DNA from: Lingula anatina
Taxonomy: Eukaryota > Animalia > Brachiopoda
DNA length: 64,000 nucleotides
Direction of reading: 5' to 3'
Assembly (NCBI GenBank): GCA_051362555.1
Contig: CM120643.1
Span: 20,960,848-21,024,847, forward strand
The position numbers were made by a program, and so were the translations under genes. Position 1 is the stretch's first letter; each line of letters opens with the position of its first letter. Of this stretch, positions 15,937 through 28,472 are shown piece by piece. The notes under the pieces were generated by a model that was not told the DNA's origin, did no database searches, and saw nothing but the letters and a program-made list of their open reading frames with translations.

Positions 15937-16335
15937 TAATAAATAATGATAATAATGTTGTGTTATTGCATAATAACCTTGTTATAACATAAAGTGATTG
16001 CTTTTTAAAAATATTTTTAGTATCATTATTTTTGTATGTGTACAAAATTAATAAATCGTGATTGACTTTTTTCACATTTTTTCACATTTTTCACATATCC
16101 CGGGTGAGATAATGAAGAATTTAGTTGCAATATTTTTATTGAAATCCATCGACCGATCAAAGGGCACAGACACTAAATGACAATAAAAGACTGCATCTGC
16201 AAGTGCAAATATCGCGACGCACAGTCGAACAAAGTTTCCAGGCCCTACCTGTGTCTGCAGCAGTCTAATGGAGTTTGCACTCTCGTACATGCGTTTGTGA
16301 GACAATCGGTACAGAGTCCTTAAGCTACGAAACAT
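8885..16335 (-). CDS. LDHD: Mitochondrial D-lactate dehydrogenase (FAD-linked oxidase, VAO/PCMH family)
   Basis: Exons 16335-16249 (Arg/Leu/Ser-rich presequence), 15523-15402, 15139-14998, 14480-14339, 14036-13877, 13548-13443, 13087-12994, 12554-12426, 11869-11742, [11247-11157 OR 10961-10871], 9733-9622, 9056-8885. Motifs [86 protein letters not shown]. Confidence 0.97.
9999..10390. mobile_element. Non-autonomous DNA transposon with TTAA target-site duplication (Kolobok-like)
   Basis: ttaa|agggataataactgttcgttatg ... catacgaagagttattatccct|ttaa: about 22-bp TIRs starting AGG, flanked by TTAA. Confidence 0.8.
10871..10961 (-). CDS. LDHD: LDHD alternative exon 10B (91 nt)
   Basis: Acceptor tgtttaag, donor gtaaga; encodes [30 protein letters not shown]+G; phase 0 to phase 1. 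Confidence 0.9.
11157..11247 (-). CDS. LDHD: LDHD alternative exon 10A (91 nt)
   Basis: Acceptor tatccag, donor gtaatg; encodes [30 protein letters not shown]+G; phase 0 to phase 1. Confidence 0.9.
11286..11454. mobile_element. Short MITE, PIF/Harbinger-like
   Basis: ctg|gggccaattttacaataaaacttcagcctgaaaa ... ttttcaggctaaaatttttgtttaacgggccc|ctg: imperfect TIRs and a 3-bp CTG (CWG) duplication. Confidence 0.65.
13781..13871. repeat. (CA)n microsatellite, about 45 units
   Basis: Pure CA run; reads (UG)n in the LDHD transcript, starting just after the exon 5 donor. Confidence 0.98.
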
Positions 16336-16655
16336 TTTGACACGTAAGCCGCCAGGGAACCATGAAAACTCTTGAGAAAAATGACCAGAGTCGGTTTACA
16401 CCTGGTCTCCCTCCAGCACCGTGCACCACTGATAAACATGAACTTCGCATCTAGGTCAAGGTCAGTAGTGGTAACATCAACAAGGCATTTCTGGATTATA
16501 AGAATTATTTTACAGTGGAAATAAATTCATAAAAATGTGAAAATTAACAATATGTAGATTAATACATGTAATTACAAAAATTGTTGTATAGTTTCACAAC
16601 TTCCCAACTTGCAGTGCGCGTGACGTCACACTGCCTCTTTCCGGCAAGAAACAGC
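16336..16655. promoter_or_regulatory. Bidirectional promoter LDHD/RPL14 with CRE and TCT/5'TOP start
   Basis: Divergent ATGs 320 bp apart; palindromic CRE tgacgtca at 16621-16628; pyrimidine tract ctctttcc at 16635-16642, typical of ribosomal-protein transcription starts, just before the RPL14 ATG. Confidence 0.8.
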
Positions 16656-19385
16656 ATGGTGGGTTGTGAGAGAAAATGTGCCCCCGAAATTAGCAAAATA
16701 TCTCTGTATAATAAGTTAATTCCTTATCAATAAATGTGTTTTCTTGTAAACAATATGCTATAGATAACAAATGGCTCAACATAACCCCTAAGTATTTCTT
16801 ATTATTTAAACAAAAACGGTATTTCATGGCCCTAAATCGCTGTGTGAAAATTGGATGCAAAGGTAAAACGAAGACGGACATTCGTGGCACAGTTAGCTTC
16901 AGTTTTTTGGTAAAGCGGTGACAGTAATAAAATATGCAGTGACTCACTTTGTGAAATATGCCTCCGATAATGTGGTCAAATATTATGCTGTAAATCCATG
17001 CGCTTTGCAAGTTCCATAATTACTGTTCATAATTAGAATTTCTGCAGTATGCCTCCAAACTTGAGCATGCTTGTCTTTGATTTTTTTTATGAAATTCGTA
17101 TAGGTGGTGACTTTGGTCAATGTCTCTTCCATTTATTCACTGAATTTTTGGTGTTCACGCCTGGAATGACATCGGGTTTCAATGTATTTGAATTCCTTTC
17201 AGTTTTCTTGATATGATATTGAATCATATTTACATCATTGCTGCCAGACTAATTGATTTTAGTTAGCGAGTCCGTAATCAACTTCACCACATCACTAGGT
17301 TTAAATAAATATTGACAATCCACAACTTGTCATTTTTAAAAAAATATTTATTTATTTATTGAGTATTTATTTATTTGTTGTTGTTGATGGGTGGGGGTTC
17401 TCCATGCTTAAGAGCCTTTGACACAAGCACTCATATCTGGATAAGTAATCCCTCATTAGCAACTATTAAGGTAACAAGAAAATTGATTTTCAAATAATAA
17501 ATGTAACAACCAATTGCAATTTTTGTCAAAGAAAATGTATGTGTACAAAAGTGATTATCTAGCCATATTTATTCATTGCAGGGTTTTTCCCGATATGTTG
17601 AGATAGGCCGTGTGGCCTTTGTTGCCTTTGGTCCAGACCAGGGAAAACTGGTCGCCATTTCAGATGTTATAGATCAGAATAGGGTAAGTGTGGTCAATGT
17701 GGCCCATAATGTTACTAAGTGTACCACATATTCTGATCTCTTGAATGGAGCACTGGTATCAAGGTTTGATGCTGTATTGATAAGCGTTGTTGAAAGGATT
17801 TGGTGTCAGAATAAATCTCGAGATAATCTTAGACTCTTTAATTGTTCTTTCGGCTATGCATTCCAACCTCCATGGTATAAGTTCACACTGATGATGAGCC
17901 TTAGGTTGATAGGAATTGCCGTCAGATACGAAGCTGACGATAACCTCCTAACCTGAAAGTGTGTTTACTAGTTTATCTTAATTTCATTGTGGGCTTACAG
18001 TAGAAGTAACTTCAGTTAAGTTTCTTTTTCTTTTAAGTTCATCTTGTTCATAATGGGACTTGAAGGAAATTTTTATATTGGAAGACCAATGGCCTTATGT
18101 TACAGTTTATGAAATTGTTTATTTAGTGACACTTGGTTTTAATTCCAGGCTCTAGTTGACGGCCCATGCACTGGTGTAGCCAGAAAATGTATGAACCTGA
18201 AACAGCTCCACCTCACCAAGTACGTGCTCAAGTACGGCCACGGAGCCAGGACAGGCACTATCCGCAAGGCCTGGGAGAAGGCGAAGATCAGTGAACAGTG
18301 GGCCGAGTCCACCTGGGCCAAGAAACTGGCCCGCAGGGAACAGGTGGGTACTCAGTTCAGTAGTGATAGATTGCTATTTGTACATGAGATTCGACTGCCA
18401 AACCTAAAGTGTGCTGAGTAAATAGGTCAGTTTTCAGTTTTTTTCCTGTGTTAAGAAGTACACCTGAAATAAACTGCAGGATGACAAAGCCATATAAGTT
18501 ATTACCTACTTCCGTGTGCTTTTGTTGTGAGTTTGCTGTGTGTAAAAGAAATAGAAGGCCAGGATTTCCTACCTACCCCATTGTACTTTTGGCCTGGTAG
18601 TCGAACCTCTTCGATGTACGTTCACACTGATGATGAGCCTTAGGTTGATAGGAATTGCCGTCAGATACGAAGCTGACGATAACCCCCTAAGCTGAAAGTG
18701 TTTTGAACAGTTTAATTTTCTTTAATTTTCGTTTGGAACCTGTCTAGAATGAACTTTAAGCCAAGTCTGAAATATGAAATGAATTAACGAGGAGTTGGAA
18801 ATAAAGCAATAGAATACTTTGAATTTGAGTCCAGACTTAATGCCACATTTGAAACAAACATTTTTTAAATTTAATTATTCAGCTCTTTTTTGCATTTTTA
18901 CAGAGGGCTCAGCTGACCGACTTTGACAGGTTTAAGCTTATGAAGGCAAAGCAAGCGGTGAGTAATAAGAATGATCAACCTCAAGAAAAAACATTTAGCA
19001 CATAATTGCGTTAAATCAACAAAATGCACTTTGCGAAGCCATTAGAATGTAGGTTTGACTACCAGACAGACGAGTGAACTTGAGTAAAGGTCTTGTAGAT
19101 GATGAACCTTGTTGATAGGAATTGCCGTCAGATACGAAGCTGAAGATGACTTAAAAATCTGAACAGACCTTCATAGAGTGTGCAAGTACATATCTTTAGG
19201 CGCTTCTCGGATTAGTGTAAAAATGAATCTTTTTTTGCATCGTTTGCTAACCTGGAATCGCTTTCCCTTTGCAGAGAAACCGCCTCATCGCCATTGAGTA
19301 CGGAAAACTGAAGAAGGCTGCCAAGGGAACGAAACCCAAACCAAAGCGCGCCAAGCCCAACAAAAAAGTACACAAGAAGCAGTAG
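16656..19385 (+). CDS. RPL14: 60S ribosomal protein L14 (eL14)
   Basis: Exons 16656-16658 (ATG only), 17582-17683, 18149-18343, 18904-18957, 19275-19385. Protein [41 protein letters not shown]...[20 protein letters not shown]...; AATAAA at about 19440. Confidence 0.98.
17884..17963 (+). ncRNA. Intronic C/D-box snoRNA copy 1 (SNORD65/snR77-like), RPL14 intron 2
   Basis: Terminal stem cacact/agtgtg, C box atgatga, guide ggaattgccgt followed by D' caga, C'-like tgacga, D box ctga at 17953-17956. The guide pairs with the conserved 18S segment GCGGUAAUUCC. Confidence 0.88.
18620..18708 (+). ncRNA. Intronic C/D-box snoRNA copy 2 (SNORD65/snR77-like), RPL14 intron 3
   Basis: Near-identical to copy 1; C box at about 18630-18636, D box at 18692-18695, terminal stem gttca/tgaac. 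Confidence 0.88.
19087..19171 (+). ncRNA. Intronic C/D-box snoRNA copy 3 (SNORD65/snR77-like), RPL14 intron 4
   Basis: Different terminal stem aaggtct/agacctt; C box 19099-19105; the same core gttgataggaattgccgtcagatacgaagctga; D box 19159-19162. Confidence 0.88.
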
Positions 19386-20943
19386 AGACTTGATGGAATG
19401 AATATTTTTTAATGAACAGAACATTTCGGGGAACATGTCAATAAATAAAGAAATATTGACTTCAAAGAACTACCATCTCCTTGTTGATTCTTTATGATGG
19501 TGCAATTGCTTATCATTTGTACTTACCCCCGGATTTAATTGAAGTCGTTGTCCGTTAGGCCCTGTTCAGGTATATGCAACTCGGCCGCCAGTTGTGCATA
19601 ACAGACATTTTGTTATGGCAGCTCACTTAATTCGGTCAAATTTCTTGCATGCTTCACTCACTGCGATGTTTTTTGCCTAAAGTTGTGAAGGATACCGAAA
19701 GAAATATTTACTTTAGATATTTTAACTTCGTATTTGAACCATAATCTGAGATATTCGAAATTTCTTTATTATAGTTCATATAGTCGAGCGCAGATTCTCT
19801 ATAATGCATATTAACCACTGAAACTAGTTTCTTACACGACTCGAATAAAGTCGATGTGCCCAGAGATAAACCGAATTAATCACTCGTCCAGCCGTAAAGA
19901 GCTTTAAAGTTGCAACTTTAAATACCTGGGCGTAGTATTGGACTTCATTATCCATTCCTACAGTCCACCAAACTGACGTAGCAATGTATGTCGCATTACT
20001 GCTGCGCCCGCTAAATTTATAATACATATTATAATAAATGTAACACATATTTACTAAAAAGCCAATCATTTTCTGTCAAAGTCGGGATATATAAGGTAAA
20101 TTATAAGCATGGACGTCCGCAGAAAATTTTCCAGGGGGTGGGGGTGGGGATCAAAGTCATTGAAGGGGGAAATAATAATTGGCTGGGTACCCGCAATAAA
20201 AATGCAGTTCCAAAATTCCGGGGGGGGGGGGGGATTATAAGTACTGGTCAGGTAATGGCTATCCGTGTTCCCAGAAGATGACTTGATAGACACTGACAGC
20301 TGCATGCGTTGGGTAGTGCTGTTGGAAGGATTTTTTGCATTATTTTAAGAAGGAAATAGGTGATTTTTGGTTCCTGATTTAATTTTTTTTTGACTAGTTA
20401 TTGCATTATAACTGAAATACTTTATTAAAAACATTCAAACGTTTGGAACACGGCCTGCTCAAGGGTAAATTCTCTGTTCATTTTACTGTACATTACTAAT
20501 TTGTTTTGATTTTTCTTTTTTTGGGGGGAATAATTCTGGCTTTTTCGATATTTTATTCATTATTGGGCATGGGAAGCATGGCATAAGAGTCAAAAACAAA
20601 TATTATGTTCTATGTTCTTTTAGATCTACTAGAGGTACCACAGACACTTTCTATAATGAAAACTTGCACACATTCGATACTGGTATCTCGTCAATCAAAT
20701 ATTTGGTACTTGATATCAATCCCTATATCATACTAAGTAATTCGTACACCTTATGGGGTTCATCACGACACACAAACCACCCGATGAAATAACTGCCCTC
20801 GACGCGCCTGCGCGGTAATCCTCTACTACACGACGAGATTCCAACACATACATGTACATGTACAAGGGTCTCCTAGAGGCCTAAAGTACACGTCAGATAC
20901 GATACGTACAAATTGATTTAGATTAACGGTAAAGAAGCCCAAG

Positions 20944-23176
20944 ATGATACACCCGGCATTGTCTTGTATGTATATCTGTATGCTGTTTAATCCAGGTGAG
21001 CACTTTTTTTAATATTGGCAATCGTACTTCGTTAATGTCATATAATCCATGCTTACTAGACATTTCCAGGACGAAGCTTTTATTACACCTACTTTTGTTT
21101 GATTGCGGTGCTTGGTTCTTGTTTATTTTCTGAACTCAGGTGAAACAAAAGTATTCGCTATACTGTTAGTTTCGTAAAATATGTTGCGGGGAGCAAAAAT
21201 GAAGCAAAAACTGGTGATTTTCACGATTTTACATGAACAGGATTGCTGATATACCTACTACATGTAAACTGATTCTGGCCAGGAAATGGTGCATGGATAA
21301 CACATAAAACAGGGAGACAAAGCATTAAATATGACCTATTTACCAGCGGCTGTCAACCTGTGAATGTTTTGAATATTAAGCGGGCAATCAAAAGAGTCTG
21401 GTAAAGAGTTTGGTAAACCCTTTATCAAATCTGATTTTTTTTCTGTTTTGTTTTTCGAAAATCAATTGTGTATCTATAGCCCCAAGACTCGCGAACGCAA
21501 CGATCTTTTACATAACATGTACTTGCCCAGCGCATCACTTGTCGCAAATTAAAAAAAGAGCCATTTCTCTATATTTATCTTTCTTCAGATCTTTCTATAT
21601 CGAAACAGCACCGGTTGGTACAGAAATGCTTGCAGGACGTAGTGGGACCATCACCCAGGGTTCTTTTAGAGTCATTTACAAACTGGGCAGAGCTAATAAG
21701 TTACGATCGCGTATTCGTGATGAAACCAAAATCGGTCGAGGAGGTAAGAAAGGAAATTGTTCGGGGAAGAAAAGAGGTGTATTTATGTTATTGTCAGTTA
21801 TTGAAGGTCTTGCTAGGACTGCACATGTAACAACTCACTTGGGCCTCTGTAACGTCTTTCATTTGAAGGAGACTTTTCTTATCGTGACCTTCATCTGTAG
21901 ATTGGTGTGTAATATACTACATGTATATTTATTTATGGGCTTAATGTATATACTACATGTAGCTCGTTGGTTGAACTAATTTTAATTTCTTAAAAGAAAT
22001 AAAAGTCAAAATTCATCCATAAAATTAAAGGCCCATAGGCCCGTCCCATTTTGAAAAAATAAAAAATTAGATGTGTTTTGTGTTATCAAAAATAAATAAA
22101 TTGCATTTGCCATTTGTTTTTTTACAAAAAAATGAAAAATGTGAAAATGATTGTCCTTGTTTATGTTCATTATATTCAGATACAGAGAGCGGTATACGCT
22201 GCGCACGCATGCGGAAGACAAGTGCGTGCTGTGGGCAGCTTGCATACAAGTTCTCCTCTCTTCGGCGACAGAGGTCAAATTCACTTAAATCTGTCCAATC
22301 TGGCTTTAGATGGAGGAAAAAGGGTGATTCTTCAGCCTTTGGTATGTCACCAAGAAAGGCATACAATGCGCATTAGATCCTCGTGAAGACAACATAGACC
22401 ACATTCTCAACAGCGGACTAATAGGTTCGTGGATCAAATATGGGGATCCAATTAAAAGCTTGCCGCATAGTCCCCTAATAGACACTGAATAGATTCCCCA
22501 CGGGGATAATGTGACGAGCATCCAAGTGAGCCATATTTGATCCGCGAATCTGTTAGTCCCCTGTACTTGCCTGGAAATTTCATAATTTTCCGTAATCACC
22601 ACGGAATGCTCCTTTGGAGCAATTCTGTCGATTTGGTACCTATCTCTTTTATCAGCTCCAATAAGTATCTTAATGAAAATAAACAATTTTAAAGAATAAA
22701 GATGCAGAAATTGAAGTATCTTCAGAAGGTAAATGTCGTTCCACTGACGTTGTCCATTACTGGATTGAAAGGCAACATTTCAGAACCCTAATCGGCCAGT
22801 TGCCTTGGTTAAAGTGGCACCTAGCGTCACCCAGGTGGAGCTAAACAGAGAGTTGGAGGTGCTGGGATATGCCTTTCCCTTCGGTCCCCTCGTTTCAGAC
22901 GTGACCATTGCTGGAGCCATAGCGACCTCATCACACGTGAGACTCATTGTTTAAATTTTTTATCAAACAACAAGAGGCTTTTGACTTTTTAATGCAGTAA
23001 AATGTTTTTAAAGAGCTTTTGCCCTTGAGCTGTTGTTTAGTTTGACCTATTTATTCTTAATTTAATTGTTTTTAAATGTATTAACTGAATTATCATTTTG
23101 TTTTCACATTTTAAACTGAAATGATTTTATATTTCTCTTTTGAAGGCTATAACAGAAACATATTTCTGTATTACTG

Positions 23177-23245
<69 letters not shown>

Positions 23246-24963
23246 ATGTACATGTAGGCCTACTGGTATATCAGCTCAATAAATTATAATTGTTGGTTTC
23301 GAAGTATAGTCGATGTAACAGACGGATCTAGGGTTTTCATAAGGAATCTGTCGATTTGGCGATTAGCTTAACACAAAGCACAAATGTTTCACCCTTTTAT
23401 TTAGTTTTGAAACAAATAGGATCTTTATGAACACTTGTAAAGTAATTTCTATAGATATTTAATATATATTGAACTGTAATAAATCAAAAAGTTATGTTGT
23501 ATTGTTTAATTTTTTTATTACAAGGATCCGAATTATCTGCGTAAAGTCCCCAAATGCCCTTTCTTTCAGTCTGCAAACTTCAATGAACCGTCGATGGGTG
23601 GCTTCATGACGGCAGTGAGATTGATTGACGGTAGGGGGAGCGTCAGGCAGTTTTCTGAGAACAGGACCCCCGTTGTTATGAAAGCATTGCGTTGTAATTT
23701 AGGGCTGCTGGGAATTGTGTTTGAAATTGAAATGAAGGTATTTATCCAATAATATGTCAAATGCAACCACTTTGCAATTTGATCAATAATAATAATAATA
23801 GTAATGTAATGGTTACAAATCTCACTACACATACGTGACAAACCAATAAGGGCATTAAGAGGCACAAGGAACATTGTCTTACAAGTACATAACAAATTCA
23901 CATGTAATAAACATAATCCTAAAAACAGACGATCGTAATTGTTGGAGCAGTGATGTACATGTAGACGATGCACTAGACCTTGTCACTCAGTCATATTTCA
24001 GCAAAATAAGTTGGAAGCAGTCAGAAATTTCAACTCAAATTGCATTTTGTAGGTGGTTCCACTAGAAACAGTCAGCGTTCGGCGCGTTTTCACTCCACTA
24101 CGGAACTTGTTCAAGTCGCACTTTCTCCGACATCTCGTGACGAAGAACTACATTGTAAATGTCATGTATGGGGCATATAATTCATTGACAGAAGAAGAGG
24201 CCAGATGGGCTTTGGAGACAGGAAGAGTACCAAGGACATGGGACAGTGCAAACGATTTGGTTTTGTTACAGTAATGCTCCTTGTGCACTTGAACAGATAT
24301 GTCCATTTAAGATAAATATCATGCTGATTAAATTCAATATCTCGAAGTTGGCTGATGAGATTGTTGCTGTTAATCAAATTTAAAACTGCACTTTGCCATA
24401 GTTATCAATATTACGTTTACCACAAGAAAATCGCTTAAAACTTCTACATTTACTAACTCCTACATTTTGCAAAATTTCCCTCCAGAATAATAAATCCGAG
24501 TTCAAAGTCTGTGAACCTCGCAATTGAGGACAAAAGGCCCGAGTCAGCTCCGAATGTTACGGTTGTTTCACTGGGACAGGTATTTATGTTCTTAAAGAAG
24601 ATAAATTTTGGCAAAATAATTGATTACGTTTGACCTGCTTTTTGAAAAACATTCAAGGAATTTAACACTTAAATGAACCAATAAATTCACTTAAAAGAAA
24701 CGGATTCTTATAGCTTTACAAACATTCCGTAATTCGGTTCATTGTATCCTTTGAATTCTTTTCAGACTAGATTCAACCAACTACTTTCTGCGCCTGCCTT
24801 CGTTATTTCAAACCTTAGTCAAGCCACCCACGTGCCTGCCGCCGTTCTGGATAAAACTGAGTTCTCGGAATACACCATTCAGCATTCAACTTTTACTGAA
24901 GATGCCAAAGTTTTGAAGGTATACTCCGACACACCGAAAAATTTTGATAGCATATATGAATTA

Positions 24964-25027
<64 letters not shown>

Positions 25028-28000
25028 GCACGTCCACATTACTGGGTAACAACAATGGGACATGGGCATCAAAATTTCAACGTGGCGCCGATCTTGTGAG
25101 CACGCTCTCCGCTTAGAATATTCATCGTATTTTGCTTTATATTCATATATTTTGGAAAATTTAACATTAAACACATACAAGAATTACCAGGGAAGAGCAC
25201 ACTTAACTTCACAGAGCTGGGAAAGCACGCTGCGATCCTAATTTTGCGGTAAAACAGTGATGACATAAAATCGTCACTTGGGTGCACGCTTTTTGTTTTT
25301 TCTCTAGTGTGTGTGTGCCGTGAATGATCCCTGAGATGACAAACAACATGACAATACTTTTCTGAAAGCTTTCTAATCTATAATGTACAGCTGAAAAACA
25401 GACTGGTATGTCTGTGTCCCAGATATAAGCTCTGTTTTAGAGTCATTTTCGGCTAAGAATTAAAAGTTTAAAATACACAGCAATGTTTGGAAACACAAAT
25501 TTGTTTTGTTATAAAAAGACAAATCCATCCCCTTTTACACAAAAGCACCCCCATTTTAATCCAACACATAAGAATATTTTGAAAGACTCTCAAAGATGAT
25601 AACCCATTGTTGTTACCCAATATAATGGACGTGCGGATATGGATATCATACATGTATTTCCTTATTTCATGCATGATATTTAGTTTCTTCTAGAAAAGCT
25701 ATATGTTTTAAAAAAAAAATGATAAAAAAGAGCTTCATTGCAGTGACGGAGCGACAAATATAAGGATCCCACTTTTACAGGAACGAGCTGGTGGTATCCC
25801 ATTAATAAAATCACTGCCAAGAGAGCGGTCAAACACAGATGATGTCGCTCAAGAATATGATATTAAGAAGCAGACATAAAAAACAAACGTTTAGAGAACT
25901 GCACCCTTTCAAAACCTTACTGAGAACATATTTTAAAGTCCTTAAAATGATGATTACAAAGTCTGAGTATGTTAGAATAATATTTTTAACGTGGCATAGC
26001 TGCTAAATGATGTTTTTTGTTTTTGTCCCTTTTTTGTCGGTGTCATCTTATTGATTTATTGGTAGTGTTTTCGTTTTAATATTAGATATTTTAATGTGTG
26101 AGGCGCATTGAGATTTTTTGAAATGTACCATAAAATCATTCATTAACTTAATGGGCCATAAATGTTCCTTCTTTACAGGTCTTGTCATCATTATTAAACG
26201 AGAAGTCTTATAAAAAAGGCATTCAGCCATTGCAACTCGGCCTGTTCAGATGGTTCGCTGGTGCGAATTGTTTTCTCTGTGCAGGCTCGGCGACAGTAGG
26301 GCGGAATCGACACGATAAGACCAAGGATCTCGGCCACTTCGCCTCTTTTCATCTGCACGACCTGGTTGATTCAAGACAGGACATCAAACGCGCAAGGGCT
26401 TTCCAAACTGCGGTATGGGCTTAGAAATTGAATTTACTCCGCTCTTACTATTTTTGAATTATATTCAATTCAATTCAATTTATTTCTGTACTGGTACATA
26501 AATAATCATGATCTTGTACAATGTAATAAAATAAAACAATACAATTGGTGCATTACCATTCTCTAGTTGGTAATTGGATTGCCAGTTTGTGAGTGGGCAA
26601 GCATATATCTATATATTTATATCATGAACAGATGTACTAGCTTAGTGGCTAATAAAATAAAATATTTAAGCTAGGCAGTGATCTTAAACTTAGTGTGAAT
26701 ATAGATTTACCATAGACATAAACTGTGAAGCATATGGCTATACGTTACACAATATGAATTTACAAGGAAGGGAGAACAACACATATATAAACTAAGTAAA
26801 TAACAAGGTTAAACTGATATAAGTATTGTGGCCCTTGACCATGTGCCATGTTCAGCCCCACTGCCGAGTCACTTCTCACAACAGTGGGACCATACACTGA
26901 CATTTTTCAAGGAATATGCTAGGAGTTACCAAGGAGAGCACTCACTTCATTTCTTTTCTTGAATGATTTTGCTATAAAATTGGAGAGGAAGACTAAATTC
27001 TCTTTGTTGACACTGTTAAATACTTTGCATAATTGACTCTCTGGTGACCTTGTATCAGCTTTTAAGATGGAGATTTTACTAAAGAAGGTATCTCGGTCTG
27101 TTTTGTATATTGGGCATTGGAATATAAAATGGTATTCATCTTCAATTTCCCCTTTGGTACACAGGTGACAGATTCTGTCACACTTTTCAGTTTTCGGCCT
27201 GGTGTGCCGCCCAGTTTCGATATGGAGTTTATGATCGCTAAGACGTAGCTTAGCAAATTAAGGGCTGATAAATTGTCATAATTTGTTACTGTATCAACAT
27301 ATGTTGCCCTTTCACATTTCTGGTAAAGTATATTGAGGAGAGCCATTTTACTGTTGGATTGAAGTTTACTACTGCGTAATTGGGTACAGTGGTCAATTTG
27401 TCTCTGTTTGAAAATTGTAGTGAAATTGTTTGGAGGTCACTGGCTAAGCCACACATCCCCAAGACCAAATGTAAAGAGGAGTTTTCGGATTCCCTCAGAC
27501 CACGACATGCATTATAGGTTACAGAGGTATATGGCATCAGATGAAATTAAACGTGGATGCGAAATAACTTGTGTATAGTCTGCATACAGCCCCCCTTCCC
27601 ACTTTTGTTGAGATAGCACTTTTAATATATAAGTACTACCTCAGAATATTGATTGTCCAGATTAGGTCATTGAATTAACGTAAAAAAGAATGGATGAATA
27701 ACGAATAATTAAAAATAGACATCCGTAACCACAGATAATGAGAGGCACCTTTAACAATGCATATAGAAGTCCAACTTTACTTACATCTGTTGTTCGCACA
27801 TCGATATTATTGTGGGCAAAGCCTATCAACGACTGGGGCAAGTTTCCATAAAGGACTTAAAAACGAAAGTTATGTCGAACTTTTAGAGAGAATATTTGAT
27901 TTATTTCAATTATGGAGGTAGGTGCAGTGGTCCACTTAGATAGAGTAAAGGTTGGTCTACGTTCTTGCTTAATTTTATAATGGTAAAACAGGCGCAATAT

Positions 28001-28472
28001 TTCATGTTTGGACTGCTGCTGATATACTAGGCAGGGTAGGGTTTTTTTGTCTAAATTTTTAGATTAAATAGTCTTTAGTTCTTTTGCGAAATATACTACT
28101 GGTCTGAACACCATGCAGTCAGATAATATAATAACGTATAAATAATCTAACGGCAAATATGAGAACGTTTTTATCTGGGGTATTGATGATAGTCACCATA
28201 TTAAAAGCGTAATGGGAAGACAGCAACTTACATTTTTTTTTTTGCTTTTTAACTTCCAGGTTATACAAGAATGGGACAAAATCGGTAACTTCGGGCGTCC
28301 TCACTGGGGTAAAGTTCTCCAGGTGTTTCCAAACCTGAAACAGCGGATTAAGCTCAGCTACGGTCTCGACTTGGACATATTCAAAACCATCCGAGAATCA
28401 CTTGATGCCCACGGAGTTTTCACTAATGCATTCTTAAGATATTTGTTTGATATTAAACGTAAAATACGTTGA
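20944..28472 (+). CDS. FAD-linked oxidoreductase, L-gulonolactone/D-arabinono-1,4-lactone oxidase-like, probably secreted (copy 1, about 530 aa)
   Basis: Exons 20944-20995, 21589-21743, 22180-22341, 22784-22936, 23570-23737, 24053-24270, 24486-24579, 24766-24918, 26179-26412, 28260-28472, all in frame. Motifs FTNWA, KPKSVEEIQ, VRAVGSLHT, VTIAGAIATSSH, LRCNLGLLGIV, GRPHWGK, LDAHGVFTNAFL; hydrophobic N-terminus. Confidence 0.9.
23179..23242. repeat. (TA)n microsatellite
   Basis: Pure AT run. Similar runs lie at about 24967-25025, 32417-32480 and 46719-46763. Confidence 0.95.
25025..25637. mobile_element. MITE with TIRs of about 35 bp in intron 8 of oxidoreductase copy 1
   Basis: tctgcacgtccacattactgggtaacaacaatggg ... 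cccattgttgttacccaatataatggacgtgcgga, with TA flanks; absent from the paralogous intron. Confidence 0.75.
26463..27530 (-). mobile_element. 5'-truncated non-LTR retrotransposon (LINE) 3' fragment
   Basis: The - strand encodes AKLRLSDHKLHIETGRHTRPKTEKCDRICHLCTKGEIEDEYHFIFQCPIY (ORF2 C-terminal CCHC region typical of invertebrate LINEs); (ttgaa)n tail at about 26463-26481; absent from the copy 2 intron. Confidence 0.85.

Noticed and set aside
17884-19171. Repeated 31-nt core considered as a CRISPR-like or transposon repeat
   Set aside because: One copy per intron with C/D boxes and terminal stems in a eukaryotic ribosomal-protein gene indicates snoRNAs.
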